From a virus, in the IMG/VR virus record IMGVR_UViG_3300020159_001918, positions 8,201-72,200 of that record: DNA of 64,000 bases; one strand, 5' to 3'. Position numbers and translations under genes: made by a program. The notes under the pieces were generated by a model. It was given only the letters and a program-made list of their open reading frames with translations. It was not told the origin of the DNA and searched no databases. Position 1 is the stretch's first letter. Each line of letters begins with the position of its first letter. This document shows, in pieces, positions 1 to 13,600 of the stretch.

Positions 1-10
1 TTTAGAAGGT

Positions 11-3000
11 ATGGATGCAGAAACATTGGTTGAAAGATTTGGCAGTAGGGAAAACGCTGTTAGAATTAGAACAACTGCAAGAAACCTACAGCAGATGCTG
101 TCATCGGGACAAGTAAAAGTTAACGAAATACCCGAACTCGCTAACCAGCTATTAAAACAAGCTCAAAGAGAAGCATTTGTAACTAAGAAAACATATAAGA
201 GATATGTCGGTGGAAAAGTTGATGACATTGACGTATTTAATTACGTAATGCCATATGCACAAAGACAAGCTATAGATACTGAAGGAGCAGTATCGAGACG
301 TGGTAAGAAAAAAGTTCTTGGCGTTACCGATGATACAACATTTGGTAGGTTCACATCTGATTCTGGAGATGAATTATCTTTATTTAAATTTAGACACGTT
401 GGACACAAAATGCTACTTCCAGACATTGCTTCTACGAGTTTAGGTTTATATGAAGCTGGTGGTGGATTCGACTTAGACGACAAGTGGATAACTAATTTGC
501 AATCAGTTAAAAATTCTCAAGGTGTGAGACAGCTTGTGGCATTTGCTTGGCGTCAACCAACTGGACCTCAAGAATTTGCTTTGTTATCGCCACACTTAGA
601 TGAAGGTACGATAATGAGAATGTTCGGAGACGAAACTCAAATGGGACAAAAGTTTAGAAGTGTTTCTAACGCAGTGTCTGAAATGATAAATGATAGAACT
701 GGATTTATTCAGAGTCTTTCATTTGATTTAAGTGATCAACCTTCAGCTGAAGCTATGGAATTATTGAGTAAAGAAGATAAAATATTTAAATACTTAAACG
801 CGCTAGCTCATGGACAGGAACCTATAGCAAAGCATTTTAAGCAGTCCGCTGGAGATATAACTCAAGAAGATTTACAAAGAGCGATATTTAAATTAGTTGA
901 TTTAAATGGAGAGGGAGAGACAGGAAAAATAGTTGACTTATTTGATGGACAAGTCGGTGTTAATGTAGATGACTTTGCAAATAAATACATGGGGGCTGGG
1001 ACAGATGGTGTTAAAGCTGTAAAGCATAAATATCTGAATATTGGCGCAACATCAAAAGTAATACTTGAAAAAGCAGCTTCGACTAAAGCTGGAACAATGT
1101 TAGCTTTAAACATTGACGAAGCACTCAAAACCGGAGACGCTGGACTCATAGCTAGTTATAGGCAAAGTAGTTTAACTCAAATTTTAAAATCTTCAGCGGT
1201 TCCTGAAGCAGATGAAAATTTTATTAAAGCAATTGAAAAAATATATGATTCAAATGTAGGGGCAGGCTCTTACAAGGAAGCGTTTAAGAGAATATCTACT
1301 GAATCAGCAGATAGATCAATGACGCCTATGGAATTTGCTATTAGAATGTCGGGAAGAATGGCTAGGGGTGAATCAGAAGAGATAGCATTGCGGAGCGAGA
1401 ATTGCCCTTGATTCAATGTTCCAAGCATCTGGAGTGAAGTCAATGTCATCTGCTCGTGGAGAATTAGGCAAATATGTTAATAGACTTGGTTGGGCAGTAT
1501 CTTCAGAAGAACAAAGACTGGCAGCAGCAGGTAGAATAAGAGATTATGCACGCACCAATGCTCTTCCACAATTAGAAGAATTAGCTACAAAGCTCGAAGC
1601 TGCTACATCACTTGTATTTAATCCAGAAGGTGCAATCGACGCTGCAGTAGGCGCAGATATGAAAATAAATCTGCTTGCAACAAATAAAGAACTACTTATG
1701 GCATTTAATCTCACTAGAGAAGCTGGTTTTTCTGAAGAGATGGCTCAAACAAGTTTATCAAACGCAATTTTTTCTCTTATGTCAGAAGATGATACTAAAG
1801 AATTAATGAGAATAGCAAGAGCAGCGGGGGTTGACACTAAAGATATGGATAGTCCAAGTATTGTTAGAGCAGTACTTGCAAAAAATAATAAAGCTAGTCA
1901 AGAACTAATTGGTTTAGTAAATCTAACATCAGAAAACGTAGGAAACGCACTTGTTTCTAATACGGCAAAGCAAATGGGAATGATAAGAGCACTACAAGAG
2001 TTGTATCCTGACATAGATTTTAGCGGAATAGGAATGGTTGGTTTTGACGAGTATGCCACACACTTAAAACTATCGGGCATAACGAGTAAAAAAGAGTACG
2101 GTGATATCAACAGAGTATTGGATTCCATTGCAGATGGAGGTAGAGAGGTCTACGAAGCACACGGAATGGAAATGCCAGAAGGTAGCGTGATAAGCCAAAT
2201 AAACAATTTAACTAGAGCTGGAGGAAAGGGAAAGAAAGTAAAAGGAGAGCAAGTTAAATTACAACTTCTCAAGATAATGGGGTTAGATGACGATGGTAAA
2301 GAAAATTTTGGAACAGTAAACGTAGACGACGTTATGCAAAGTGCGATGAAAGATATGGCTTTAGAAGAAGATAGATTGGGAAGAATAAAGTATAATCCTT
2401 TTGCTCCGTCTGAACCATTAGCTGCCAGGCTTAAAACAGGACCACTAGATCAGGCCATGAAGGACTTAACAGACAATCTTACAGGTCGTTTAGAGGGCGG
2501 TGAATTTTTTGGAAAATCAATGCAAGATTTAGTTATTGAAAATAATCTTTTAAGAGAAGTTAAAGACGTTAACTTCAATATGTCTACGCTTAATCCTGGT
2601 GGAAAGTTGGCAAGCAAATTAGTTGAGAGAGGTGTATTATCTCAAAACGACATAGATACTTTATTAAAACGACAATCACGTAGTTCTTTTGATCAGGCAA
2701 AAACTATAGTTATGGGCAGATTAAAGGCATCAGAAAATTTTGCTCAACAAGAAGCTGGAACTGCTATTCAAGAATTCTTTACAGCTCACATCCAAAGATT
2801 TATGGATAAAGAAGTAACAATTGGACCAGAACTAGTTATGGAAAAACTATTGTTTGAAATAGAAGAAATGAAAAACGCAACACGTATGTCAAATCCTAGT
2901 ATGATCCAAGAGACTCTCAGTTCCATGGGGTACATGTTGGAAAATGTGTTAAGCTCAGATAAACCAATTGTAATTGAAGTACCTGGAATGGAAAAATTTT

Positions 3001-4152
3001 CTGTTCAACAACTCTCTGCTTTTGTAAGAAATAAAAATGAATTAATGTTAACTGGTTTTTTAGCACAAAAACAAACTGATGATATGGCTGTTTTAATTAA
3101 AGCACTTTCTGACAATCGCATGATTACTGATCTAGATCTAGACGTTCCAGAAAACTTAATGAATAAAGATTTTCTGTCTAAATTATTTCAGGTAGATAAA
3201 AAATCAGCAACAAATATTGAAACAGGACTTTTAAAATCAATTCCAAAACTGGTTAACGCAGAAGAAGTACAGCAAGTTTTAGATGGCATGGCTGGTTCAT
3301 CAATAGACTTGGAACTTTTAGAAGACTTTCTTGCTTTTGACGGAGATAATTTAGATTTAGAAGGAGGTATTATTGGTCAAAGAATTAGAGACGCTTCTGC
3401 TGGTAAAACAGAAGAAGAAATTGCGCAAGAAATTACAAATAGAATAAGATTAATTGGCACGATTAGAAAAAGATACACCGCACAATTAGAATCTCAGCGT
3501 CCAGAATATCTTGCATTTGACGCTATGCTAGAGGGTGGTGAGGCAACAGCAGAGGGTATAGTAACCCCTACTCTAAGATCGGCTCCGGGAGAAAGGCCAA
3601 TGGAGACGATAGATGAAGCAATAAGAAAAATGGTAGATGGTTTTAAGCTTGAGGCTGATGAAGAAACAGAGAGATTAGCTAGGTCAGCTGTTAGTAGTAC
3701 ATTTGCTGACACTGGTCCAGTTGCTTCTGGAAAGTACACCAGAATACAAGACTTTATGAAGTCACCACAGATGAGAGAGCTATATGAAGGAGCATTAAAA
3801 AATAAAGGAAAGATAGCTGGTGTAGCTGCAATAGCCACTGGTCTTGCAATCTTTGGATCAATTAACAAAAAAGAAAGAACACAAGAAGCAATGTCTGGTC
3901 CTCCGTTGTTGCCAGGGGGCAATCCATATGAGAGAATTCCAAATTCACCAATGGGATTTTCAGACGCGCCAATTTCGCAAAATGGTCAAGGAATGTCTTA
4001 TAACATATCAGTAGATGGAGATCAAGACAATATAGAACAATTTATGAATAGAGCGCGGATTAGTAACAAATGGGAATGTCCAAGGTACTATGCATGATAG
4101 CCTCCCTTCTTTAGGACGTAATCCTTACGACGATATAGCGGGTTCTTTCTAA
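11..4152 (+). CDS. Large virion/tail-associated protein with two internal CGGA +1 recoding sites (about 1379 aa; may begin upstream of the window)
   Basis: Track ORFs 11..1411 (frame 2) and 1416..4097 (frame 3), plus a short frame-1 tail (RLVTNGNVQGTMHDSLPSLGRNPYDDIAGSF*) ending at TAA 4150-4152. They join seamlessly by +1 at CGGA 1391 and CGGA 4056. Helical low-complexity protein with a C-terminal hydrophobic segment (GKIAGVAAIATGLAIFG), located upstream of baseplate genes. Confidence 0.7.
1391..1394 (+). other. CGG +1 recoding site 1 (TTG CGGA GCG)
   Basis: In-frame CGG. The 0 frame stops 6 codons later (TGA). The +1 frame reads R-ARIALDSMFQASGVKSMSSARGE and stays open for 887 codons. Confidence 0.85.
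4056..4059 (+). other. CGG +1 recoding site 2 (GCG CGGA TTA)
   Basis: In-frame CGG. The +1 frame continues ...NRA-R-LVTNGNVQGTMHDSLPSLGRNPYDDIAGSF*. Confidence 0.65.
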
Positions 4153-4178
4153 TTTTAAATTAAAGGATAAATTATTTT

Positions 4179-4644
4179 ATGGCTGATAACCTTCCTACTG
4201 GATCTGGTGGGGTCGCTAAAACTAACGCCAACCTAGCAGCAGCTGCTTCGGGACCAAAAGCTAACAGTGGCACCCCTAGCCCGGCTAGCGCAACGATTAG
4301 TTCACGGACTAGCTAAAAGAACTAATGATTCAAGGTCAGCAAGTATACATGGATACTCTCCAGAAGCTGGAGCACCTTCTGATCCGCTAAAAGGATCATA
4401 CGAAGGATACATGAATTCATCTCCAGCTTACATCCAGACTAATGGAGCTGGTTATGACAATCCAGCAAATCAACAAGCAAGATACAATAAAAAAAGCTTT
4501 TCTCTTACTGGTGATTCTTTAGCATTTAAAAATTCAAATAATATAAAAAATTCTGCTATAATAGATAACTATTCAAGTTCTTTAAAAAAAAATTCTTCTG
4601 GAGATAGATTGTCACAAATGCGTAAAATAGAAGGAATGTTTTAG
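4179..4644 (+). CDS. Small structural/assembly protein (about 154 aa) read through a CGGA +1 site
   Basis: RBS-like AAAGGAT upstream of ATG 4179 (MADNLPTGSGGVAKTNANLAAAASGPK...). The 0 frame ends CGG ACT AGC TAA. The +1 frame continues RLAKRTNDSRSASIHGYSPEAG... to 4644. Confidence 0.7.
4305..4308 (+). other. CGG +1 recoding site 3 (TCA CGGA CTA)
   Basis: In-frame CGG three codons before a 0-frame TAA. The +1 frame is open to 4644. Confidence 0.8.
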
Positions 4645-4653
4645 GTAGCATCT

Positions 4654-7600
4654 ATGACCATTAATCAACAAGCATTCGATTATATAAAAGAACAGTTTAC
4701 CACCAAGCAGCAAGCGGACGATTACGTTCTTGAAATTCAACAGATAACATTAAACGCAAATTCAGAGATATTACCTGGGCCAGCATTATTTAAATTAGCA
4801 ACAATTATACCTGGCTTTGAAGGCACAATAGGTGTGTGGGCTGGTATTCGATTGCCATGGGGTATTAAAATTGCTCCACCTGATTTTAACGACATTGCTT
4901 GGCGAAATGCAGCAATTAGGGCACTTAAAAGACAGGGTACAAGAACTGGCGAAAATCCAGTAGATTATATAGTCAATGAGATCCTAAAAGAGTTTGATAA
5001 AAAAATACCAACTAAAAATATTGACCTAACAGATGTAGCTTACGCAAAAGCATTTGAAGCATGGTATAGCGCTCCGTACTCTAAGGTTGATTCATGCTGG
5101 CACTATATGGAGTCAGCTACAATAATGGCCAGCTTTATTGCACAAAGAGTAAAAGATTTTAATATAGGTAGCGATAATTCAGCAGACACTCCACAAACAC
5201 CAGAAGATGTTCAAGAGCCTCCAGCAGTTGAAGAAGATTTACTTGGTCCATCAGTAGAAAGAGCAGCGGTTTTAGAAGAATTTATACAGCGTGGAGCGGC
5301 TATAATTGGTTTTGATAATCATGATAATTCTTATTCGTCAATTAGTCAGTATTATGAAAATTTAGTAAGAAAAAATAATGCAAGCTTTGTTTATGATAGA
5401 GCTTTTCAAGATAACTATGTTAATCAATTTATAGCAGTTGCATCTCCAACTATGGATATAATTAAATTGAATGACACTTATCAAAAATCTTTATTTTATA
5501 AGATTGAAGCGTCAGGTCTTTTTGATCTATTAAGCTACATCGACGCAATGCAGGCATATGGTAGAATTAGATTATCTACTCTTGAAAGAGTTAAAGGTAG
5601 CGCCGGTGCAGCAAATGTTCTAGACGGAGTAAGAGATACTGGTTGGCTTCAGCAGCTTACCGTTGTTCTACAAAGGCTTTCTAGAGACCCTGTAACACTA
5701 GCTACCATCTATAGATATTTCCCAGAACTAATTAACTTTTTCTTTGCTGCATTAGCAGCAACAGCTGACTATTCAAATGATGGAAAAGGTGGCGGCTCAG
5801 AAGATAAACTTAATCAGGGTCAAGCAGTATTAGATGATTTAATGGCTGCTCTTGGTCAAGAAAAAGGGCAAACTATATTTACCGGAGCTTGGGATTTAAT
5901 CAATACTGGTCAAAGAATAGAAAAAGCTATTGCAGAATTTCCATTTAGGCAAAATATTCCACCATCTTCTCCAGACATATTTCATCTTAGATTAGGGGCA
6001 TCTAATTTTTATGTTCCACCAATTGGTATTGATGTTCAGACTCAATTTAAAACAAGTAGCATGGGCGAAGGCGCGCTAAGACAAAAAAATAGTCCAAAGT
6101 TTAATTCTGGATACAAGCATACGACTATTAGTATGCAACTATTCTTTCCTAACTATGAAGAGATATGGGGCATCTCAATTGAAGACGCTTCAAAAATTAG
6201 TCTTAAAGATAACTTCACAATAGATTTTAGTGGCAATGGTGACAATGAAGAAAAGATAGACAAGTTTCTTTCATCTTTAAGAGGTTTAGTTGCCGCGTTT
6301 AAATACGCTCCATTTCTTCCAATTAGAAATCATTATGTAAATTCCGTATATGGAATAACTGGCGTTGCTCTTCAAGGTATGTCGATTTCCACAATACCAA
6401 GTTATCCGTTTGCACTAGTCGTTACATTGAATCTATATAACTTTAATCACAAGCCGTTTCTGCCGATGCTTAATGACTTTAATCAAGCTATTCACTGGGG
6501 TAAGTTTAGACAGTATATGGGCAAGGCAGCTGGAGCTCTTCATAATTATATAAATGAAGAATTCTTAATGTTTGGCAGAGAGGGTCTTATTAATGCAACA
6601 AAAGACGCAATGGTCTCAGTTGCTGAAGCAATGCTTGATACCGATAGAGACGGAGATGTCACTCAGGATGACCTGAGAGGCATGCAGGCGGCTTCTGATA
6701 GGCTCTCGGCCCAAGCTGGAATATCTCCTTCTAAGATTGTTAACGATGCTCTCCTTGGCTATAAGAACGAAGTGTTTACAACTAACGTAGTCAGAGAATG
6801 GACAAACGGTAGCAACCTATCATTCTACATGCCAGCCGAAACTCAAACTAAAATATTTACTCCAGACGTATCTGGTTTCCAATCTGCTGAAGAAAAAGGT
6901 TTGTCTGAAACAGGTAGAAGTTTTTGGAACCAGATGTTAGCTAACTTTGGTATAGACATAAATGAATCAGCTGGATATCATAGAGAATTAGATTCAGTTA
7001 TAACAACCTCTACTGGAAATGTTGTTGAGTTTACCGTAAGTCAAAAAATACTACAGAGCATAGACATACTAACTGCAGGAAGAAATACAACAGATTTTCA
7101 AAAAAAGGCTTATGATTTTATTATAACAAGTTTTATATTTCAGAATCAACTGCAGCTTGACTCTGACAGGAAAGCTTACTTAAGAGATTTCGATAGGATA
7201 GAAAACGCATATGAAGATGTGCAAAGATATGTTTTTGGGGCAATAGTATTTAAAGATGAAACGCTATCTCAAATAAAATCTTTCTTTAAGTCTAAAGCTT
7301 TAAGCACTAGTTCATATCTTGACTTTATGGTTGATGAATACTTGGAGAAGAGAGCAATAAATGTTGGAAAGACCAACGATGCTGATTGGAAAAAACAAGA
7401 AAGATCTTTAATTAAAGATCAGTTTGCAGCTGGCTATAGCGCTATGGTCTATGAAAGATTCTTTAAAGCTGGACCGATCAGAGATTTGATGGAAGCAGCT
7501 AGAGAAAGAAATGGAAGTTTCCACATAAGAGAGTGGGAAGTCCCAATGATAAGAGTTGACATAGATCCAGCTAACGCAATTGTTACTGACGTTTCTATCT

Positions 7601-10600
7601 CAATGAGTAATAACATAATCCCGCTACAAGTACAGATGCAAGATGAGCCAACGTATCAACACATTGGTGGTGGAGATAGTTATATAAATATTTCCATGAA
7701 AGTTTTTGGTGAAAAAGAATTAATAAAATTAAGAAAAATATTTGATCATATTAATGGATTAGCTAGGCTTGAGAATGCAGCTGGAGTTATGGGCTTCTTG
7801 GGAATTAAGAATATAATAACAGCTTTAGCTGGAGTTAAATATGTTCTTCCTCTGTCTTTTAACGTTTCAACTATTCCAAATTTTCCACATGTCTATGATG
7901 TTTCTTTAAGGCTAGTAGACTTTGACATTTTTCAACAAAAACGTGAACAGTTATCTTCTGATCAACAAAGAAAGATGATTGAAGAATTTGGGACAAAGAA
8001 AAATCCATTCTTAAGAATGAAGCAACTATGGGGCTCATTTAATTCATATCCAGATTTTCCATTAGAGATTAGAAATAAAGACAGCGAAGTTGTAGGATGT
8101 CTTGATCCAGATTTCTATTTTAGAAGTTTTGAGATGTTTGATAGAGACGTTATACATAGCGTAACCGATAATAAAGGTAAGCTTTCTAGACTTGATACAT
8201 TTAACGTTGATCCATCTCAAGAAGTAACCGTAGTAACTCAATATGGATCAACCTCATATAAGGGTTCTGCGATCATTGCTAAGTTCAGAGAGTATATATT
8301 AAATGACCAATTAGATGAACTAAAAGCTTATTCTAGAGGAACCTTAGGATTAAAGGCTTCAGAAACAGCTTCTTATATATTGCAAGTCTTAAAAGATGTT
8401 GATCAACCTTATGATAAATTCTTATTAGACTATGTAGACTCTTTGGATGAAGGTGAGTTTGATACTAAAGATTTAGCTGATTCTAGTTGGAGAATATCTT
8501 CAGGTCAGTTAAGAGGTGGAGATTTATCAAGTTCTAATGAAGAAGCAAGAGCAAAATTACAAGCCGCACTATCTGGAAATCAAGAAAAAGATGGTTTTGC
8601 AGAAGACGCTTACGTAAGCTTTGATCCAGACGAGCTAGATGGACATGCTATTATAAACACTTTTCCAGCAGCAGCAGGTGCTTTTGATACAAAAATTCCA
8701 TCAATGATACACACCGCAGACGGGTATCAGTTTGGATATATAGATAAAAAGAATGGAAGATTTTACCTAACCGTAGATGACGTTGCCGTTAAGAAAGATA
8801 GCTCAGTTGAATATGTGGGGATAACCGACACTCAGACACCAGATGTCGGAACAACAAAATCGCTAACCGGAGTTCCTGGAGCAAAAGCACTATCTGAATA
8901 CCAATACTCATATTCATCTGGAGATGAGGGTAAGCCAGAGACTATGAAGTCAAATGGTAACTCAAAAAGTGTTACTGATCACTGGGAAAAAATGATGATA
9001 GATACTCAGTACAGAGATATATCAGGAAGAATGATCAGGGCATTTCCTACATATATGCTTTGGTTGATAGATGAAAAGAATTTTGCCGGCACAAAACTAT
9101 TTGATAATTTCTACGGATTACAGTCTATAATAGATTTTTCAGTAGTATCTTCTGAAGATATCTTAGGTGATACGCTAGTATTTAGAGCTTCCAATATGTA
9201 CGCAAAGCTCTCTACAAAAGAAGCTACAACAATATTCAGTGGAAATGGTGAGACTGACGCTAAGCCTGGTGTAGATAAAATATCACTAACTTCAGGCCTT
9301 GAACAAGTGATTGATAGAACTTTAAATTTTGCAAGAAATCAATTAGGTCATATGGAAAGTCAATACATTGTTGACATAGAAAACATAAGACTTAAGCCAG
9401 GTGTAAGAGTTCACCTAAGAGTTGGTTATGGCGCAAATCCAAACTCACTTCATACAATATTTAACGGTGTAATAACTGAAGTTGAATTAGGAGAAATAGT
9501 TACTGTCACATGTCAATCTGATGCTATTGAACTTAGTCCAGTAGTAAACTCTGTTGACAAAAAGGGATCTAGCGGTCATATAGATGGCGGTCTTAATACT
9601 GGATTGTACTTATCTGAACCAAGAGATTTAATGGTTAGACTTCTTTCGATGGGCACATCTAGAACAAGAGAAGCTTTTGCTCATGCAACAAAAGGAACTG
9701 TATTTTCTGAAAATAAATTTGGGATCAAGCACTTCGGTATGATGCTATATGAGCCTTTGACAGATGAAGAGCGAAATAAAAACTCTGGCATCAGAAACGC
9801 AGCTTCAGATGCATTTCTGGCAGTTGGTCAGGGTAGCGGCATAACTGGTGGAGCTGGTACGGTAGCTGGTGTTTTAAATCCATTTGGTGATAACTCGAAT
9901 GGAACTGGAATAGGTGGATCGCCATTTGGTATTGACGTAAGATTACCAATGGTTGGAATAATGAGAACGATGTGGTCAAACTTCGCATCACAACCAGATC
10001 TAGAATTGTTTAAGAGAAATATTTATCCAGGAAACGGAACTGGTGTAGCTCAATTTCTTGGTGGAGACTTAGGAGACGGTTGGTCAAACGCAGCATCTTT
10101 AACTCCCGAAGACATGCCAAATCCAAGATTAGAATATTTAAATAGACTTACAGATTCTTCATGGAATAATTTACTTCAAAGATATGATGGAGGATCAGAA
10201 AATGCCTCAGCCGCAATAGATAATCTAACACAGGGAATGGAAGCAAGAGCCAGTGGCGGAACTGCAACAGCAGTGCTTGGTGGAGGACTGTTGGCAGCAG
10301 GAGCCGCATTAGCTATTGGTACAGGTGGTATTGCGCTTCCATTCATAGGTGGAGCTATGGCAGTTGGTGGAGGAGCATCTTTGCTTGGAAGCTTAACTGG
10401 TAGAGGTGGCGTAAATATCTGGAAAACGTTTGGTTTAGTTAGCGATCTAGACGATGATATGCCTGGATTTGATGAAGTTTCATTTAGAGCGCAAACATAC
10501 ATGAAATCTGTTTGGGATCTTTTTCAAATGTGCGCAAGACTACTTCCAAACTACATCGTTGCAGTAAGACCGTTCGAAGACAGATCAACAGTATTCTATG

Positions 10601-13600
10601 GCAAACCACACTGGTTATATACGTCAGCAGTAGTCCCAATCACTACTGGTTTTCCTTCTGAAAAAAGAGCTGTAGAACTGGGACTAAAGACTCCAAGTTA
10701 TAGAAGTCCAGATTCTGAATTAATGGATCTCTTAACAAAAGTTAACAAGCAATCAAATTCTACTGCTGATTACGAAGCAATGAGGCAGGCGCAAAATCCA
10801 TCGATATCTATTTCTGAAATAGTTAGACAACAATCATCATACTCGGATATATATGCACCTGCTGGAATATTAAGAGGTAAAGTAATTAACTTCTTGGATC
10901 CTTTTAGAACCGCGTACTACGGAAACAATAAAACAACAAAAGAACAATTATTTAATGATATTATATCGGTAATACCAAAGAATAAAGGTTACGTAACAGT
11001 TGGTTTTCACTTGCCAATAGATTCTAGTGGACAAGCATCTGAGTTAGATATTGAAAAAATAAAAGGTATACACAAAGAAATACCCCAAATGCCGCTTAGG
11101 TTTTCTTTCCCATTTTTCACAGACAGAGTTGCTGGAGCAGTTTTATTAGACTATGCATTCTACGCATTAAGCAGCAATAAGTCAGGAGAAGGTGATGACA
11201 GACTCAAGACTGGAACCATACATGATGGTGATAAAGATTTTGAAAAGTTAGGTCACGATACTTTATATACAACTTTAATAGATACAGAAGCAGGCCTACT
11301 TGCTGGTTCACTAACAGACAACCGTGAAGGTGGCTCTGAAGATGAATTCGTTATAAATCTTGCAGGAGTATCATTTACTGCTGCAGTTAATCCAATCAAT
11401 ACATTTGGTAATGATAAATTTATATTTGACTTAAACACAAGTGGAGTAGCAGGGAGCAAGTCGTTAATAAGAATGCCACTGCCTTCCTTAAAAGAGCAAA
11501 CTAGAGGATTGAATTCTCTTGAGGGATCTTGGGAGTACGAGTATATTAATCAAAATAGAATTACTTCTGGAAGTCCATTTAGTTACAGGGATTGGGGATC
11601 TCCAGTTAGCGCTCTTGATGAGCAATTCTATATAGCCATGAGATGGCCATATGAAATAACTGAAGATAAAGATGATGAAATATTTAAAAAGTTTAAAGAT
11701 AAATATTTCTCAGACAGAGATGTAAATCAATTTTATGGTAAACCAAAAGATTATAAGAACAGAAAAGTTTTAGTTTATAGTCCAACAACTAGAACAGCAG
11801 TTGTGTGTAAGCCAGCATACTTCTTGTGGGGAACAGATAAAGCTGACTTAATTAACGGCTCTTTAGCTGCAAATGATAATACAGATAGTGAAAATAGAAC
11901 TGATGATAATTTTATAAATTTTAAGAGTGATTCTTTTAAGGAAGTAGATTTAGCAGCAGTCGTTTCTCCAGATGCTGCGTACTACCTAGGTGTAATGCAC
12001 CTCACGGAAAATGAAAAAGAGTACTTTGGTTCAGAGAATGATAAAACAGGTAATGATAATAATCACGCAAATGCATCAGCCCAGGCATTAGCAAAAGCCG
12101 GACTTGCTCCGGTACCAATGCCAAGAGACTGCTACTTTACTTTTGTAGATGACAGTGTTCCAGTTGGCGTTGTAACAACAATATACAACCCAGCTAATGA
12201 GTTTAATTATAACGGTGAAACTCATGTTGACATGGATTACTACATTGGCTTTGGTGCCTTCTCGGCAGAGGGTGATGGAAAACTTATAGCAGAAAAAGCA
12301 AATAAATCAGGCATGCAGAAGCTGGGTATATCCGGTACAGCAGATAATCTTGAAAGACAACTAGAGCTATTAAATGAAAGACCAACAGCTTTTACGAACA
12401 CTCAATGGCAAGAGTATATTCCAGTAAGTGGAATAACACTTCTTGATCAAGGCCATTTTGCTGAAGCAGCCGCTAGAGGTGGAAACATCCTTGCTGGTAA
12501 AGAGCAAGAAAATAGTTATTTTGACTACATACTAAAGGCAGAGTACAGCGCTCTTGAAAGAGAAAAGTTATATGAAGTTTTAGATGGTGAGCTTAAAACT
12601 ACTGGAGATGAGGATTCTGGCGCTGGAAGAGAACGTTTTGCTCCTGTATATGATCCAGCTGCACCAGAATCCATAAAAGCTAGAGAGTTTTTTGATGAAG
12701 GATTTAGTCCAGCTACTCATGTAATAGCTGGAAATGGAAGAAATCTTAGTCAAGCAAATGATATATGGGATCAATTTAGATTTGGTTACCATAACGAAAT
12801 CTCAATAAAGAAAATATTTTTTGATGCTTTTGGCATGGATCCTGATGACACAACGCCGCTTCCGGATTTCTTAGTAGCAATATTACGAGATCCAAAAGCA
12901 AATCCAGATATATTTAAATTATTTAGTGCTAATGGTCCAGACAGTACGGCAGTAGATGAATTCAGTTTATTGCTTGGAAGCGATTTTATAGCAAATCCAA
13001 ATCAAAGAACTGGAAAACCATCTGGTACAGCTGATTCAATGGAGAGGCAGATTGAAACAGGGGTTGCATCATCAGTCAGTTCTGATACAGTTAAACAAGC
13101 CATAGAGTTCGCTAGAAAAAACTTAGTTGATGCACCTCTTGACGAAGGTGGGTTGGTCAGATATTTCGATGCTTTAACAAAAACAAAATATAAAAAATTA
13201 GGATTATTCTTACAGTCGCAATCTAATTTGTCTTTAATACTTGGTGCTGATGTTGGTGGTGGGCAGCCAAAAGCAGATGATATAATTAAAGATAACTTTA
13301 CACCAAAGCAAGTGTTTTTATTAATAGTTGGAATGTTTAGACAAGCAATGTGGCAGGACGCATATGCACGAGCTTGGTTGGTACTAAAACCAAACAGACA
13401 GTATACGAGTGATGATATGTGGGACTTTAGCCCTGTTCATAAAATATTTGCTGCATTTATCGATCCAAATCAAGACTACGCATCAAATAAAAGAAAGTTC
13501 TTAAAACTTTTAGCAGACAATAAAGGTGAGGGAAATAGTGCAGGTAACGTAGTTGGTGTACTAACTCATAATATTGATAAATTCTGGGATCAAAATATTG

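Noticed and set aside
241-4000. Minus-strand ORFs antisense to long plus-strand genes (e.g. 862..1149, 3494..3922, 10176..10502, 29022..29303)
   Set aside because: They mirror codon structure of real + strand genes and lack RBS context or domain signatures; considered spurious.
4267-4644. Independent gene starting at GTG 4267
   Set aside because: Better explained as the +1-shifted continuation of the ATG 4179 gene through CGGA 4305; the 4179 start has a clear RBS-like sequence.
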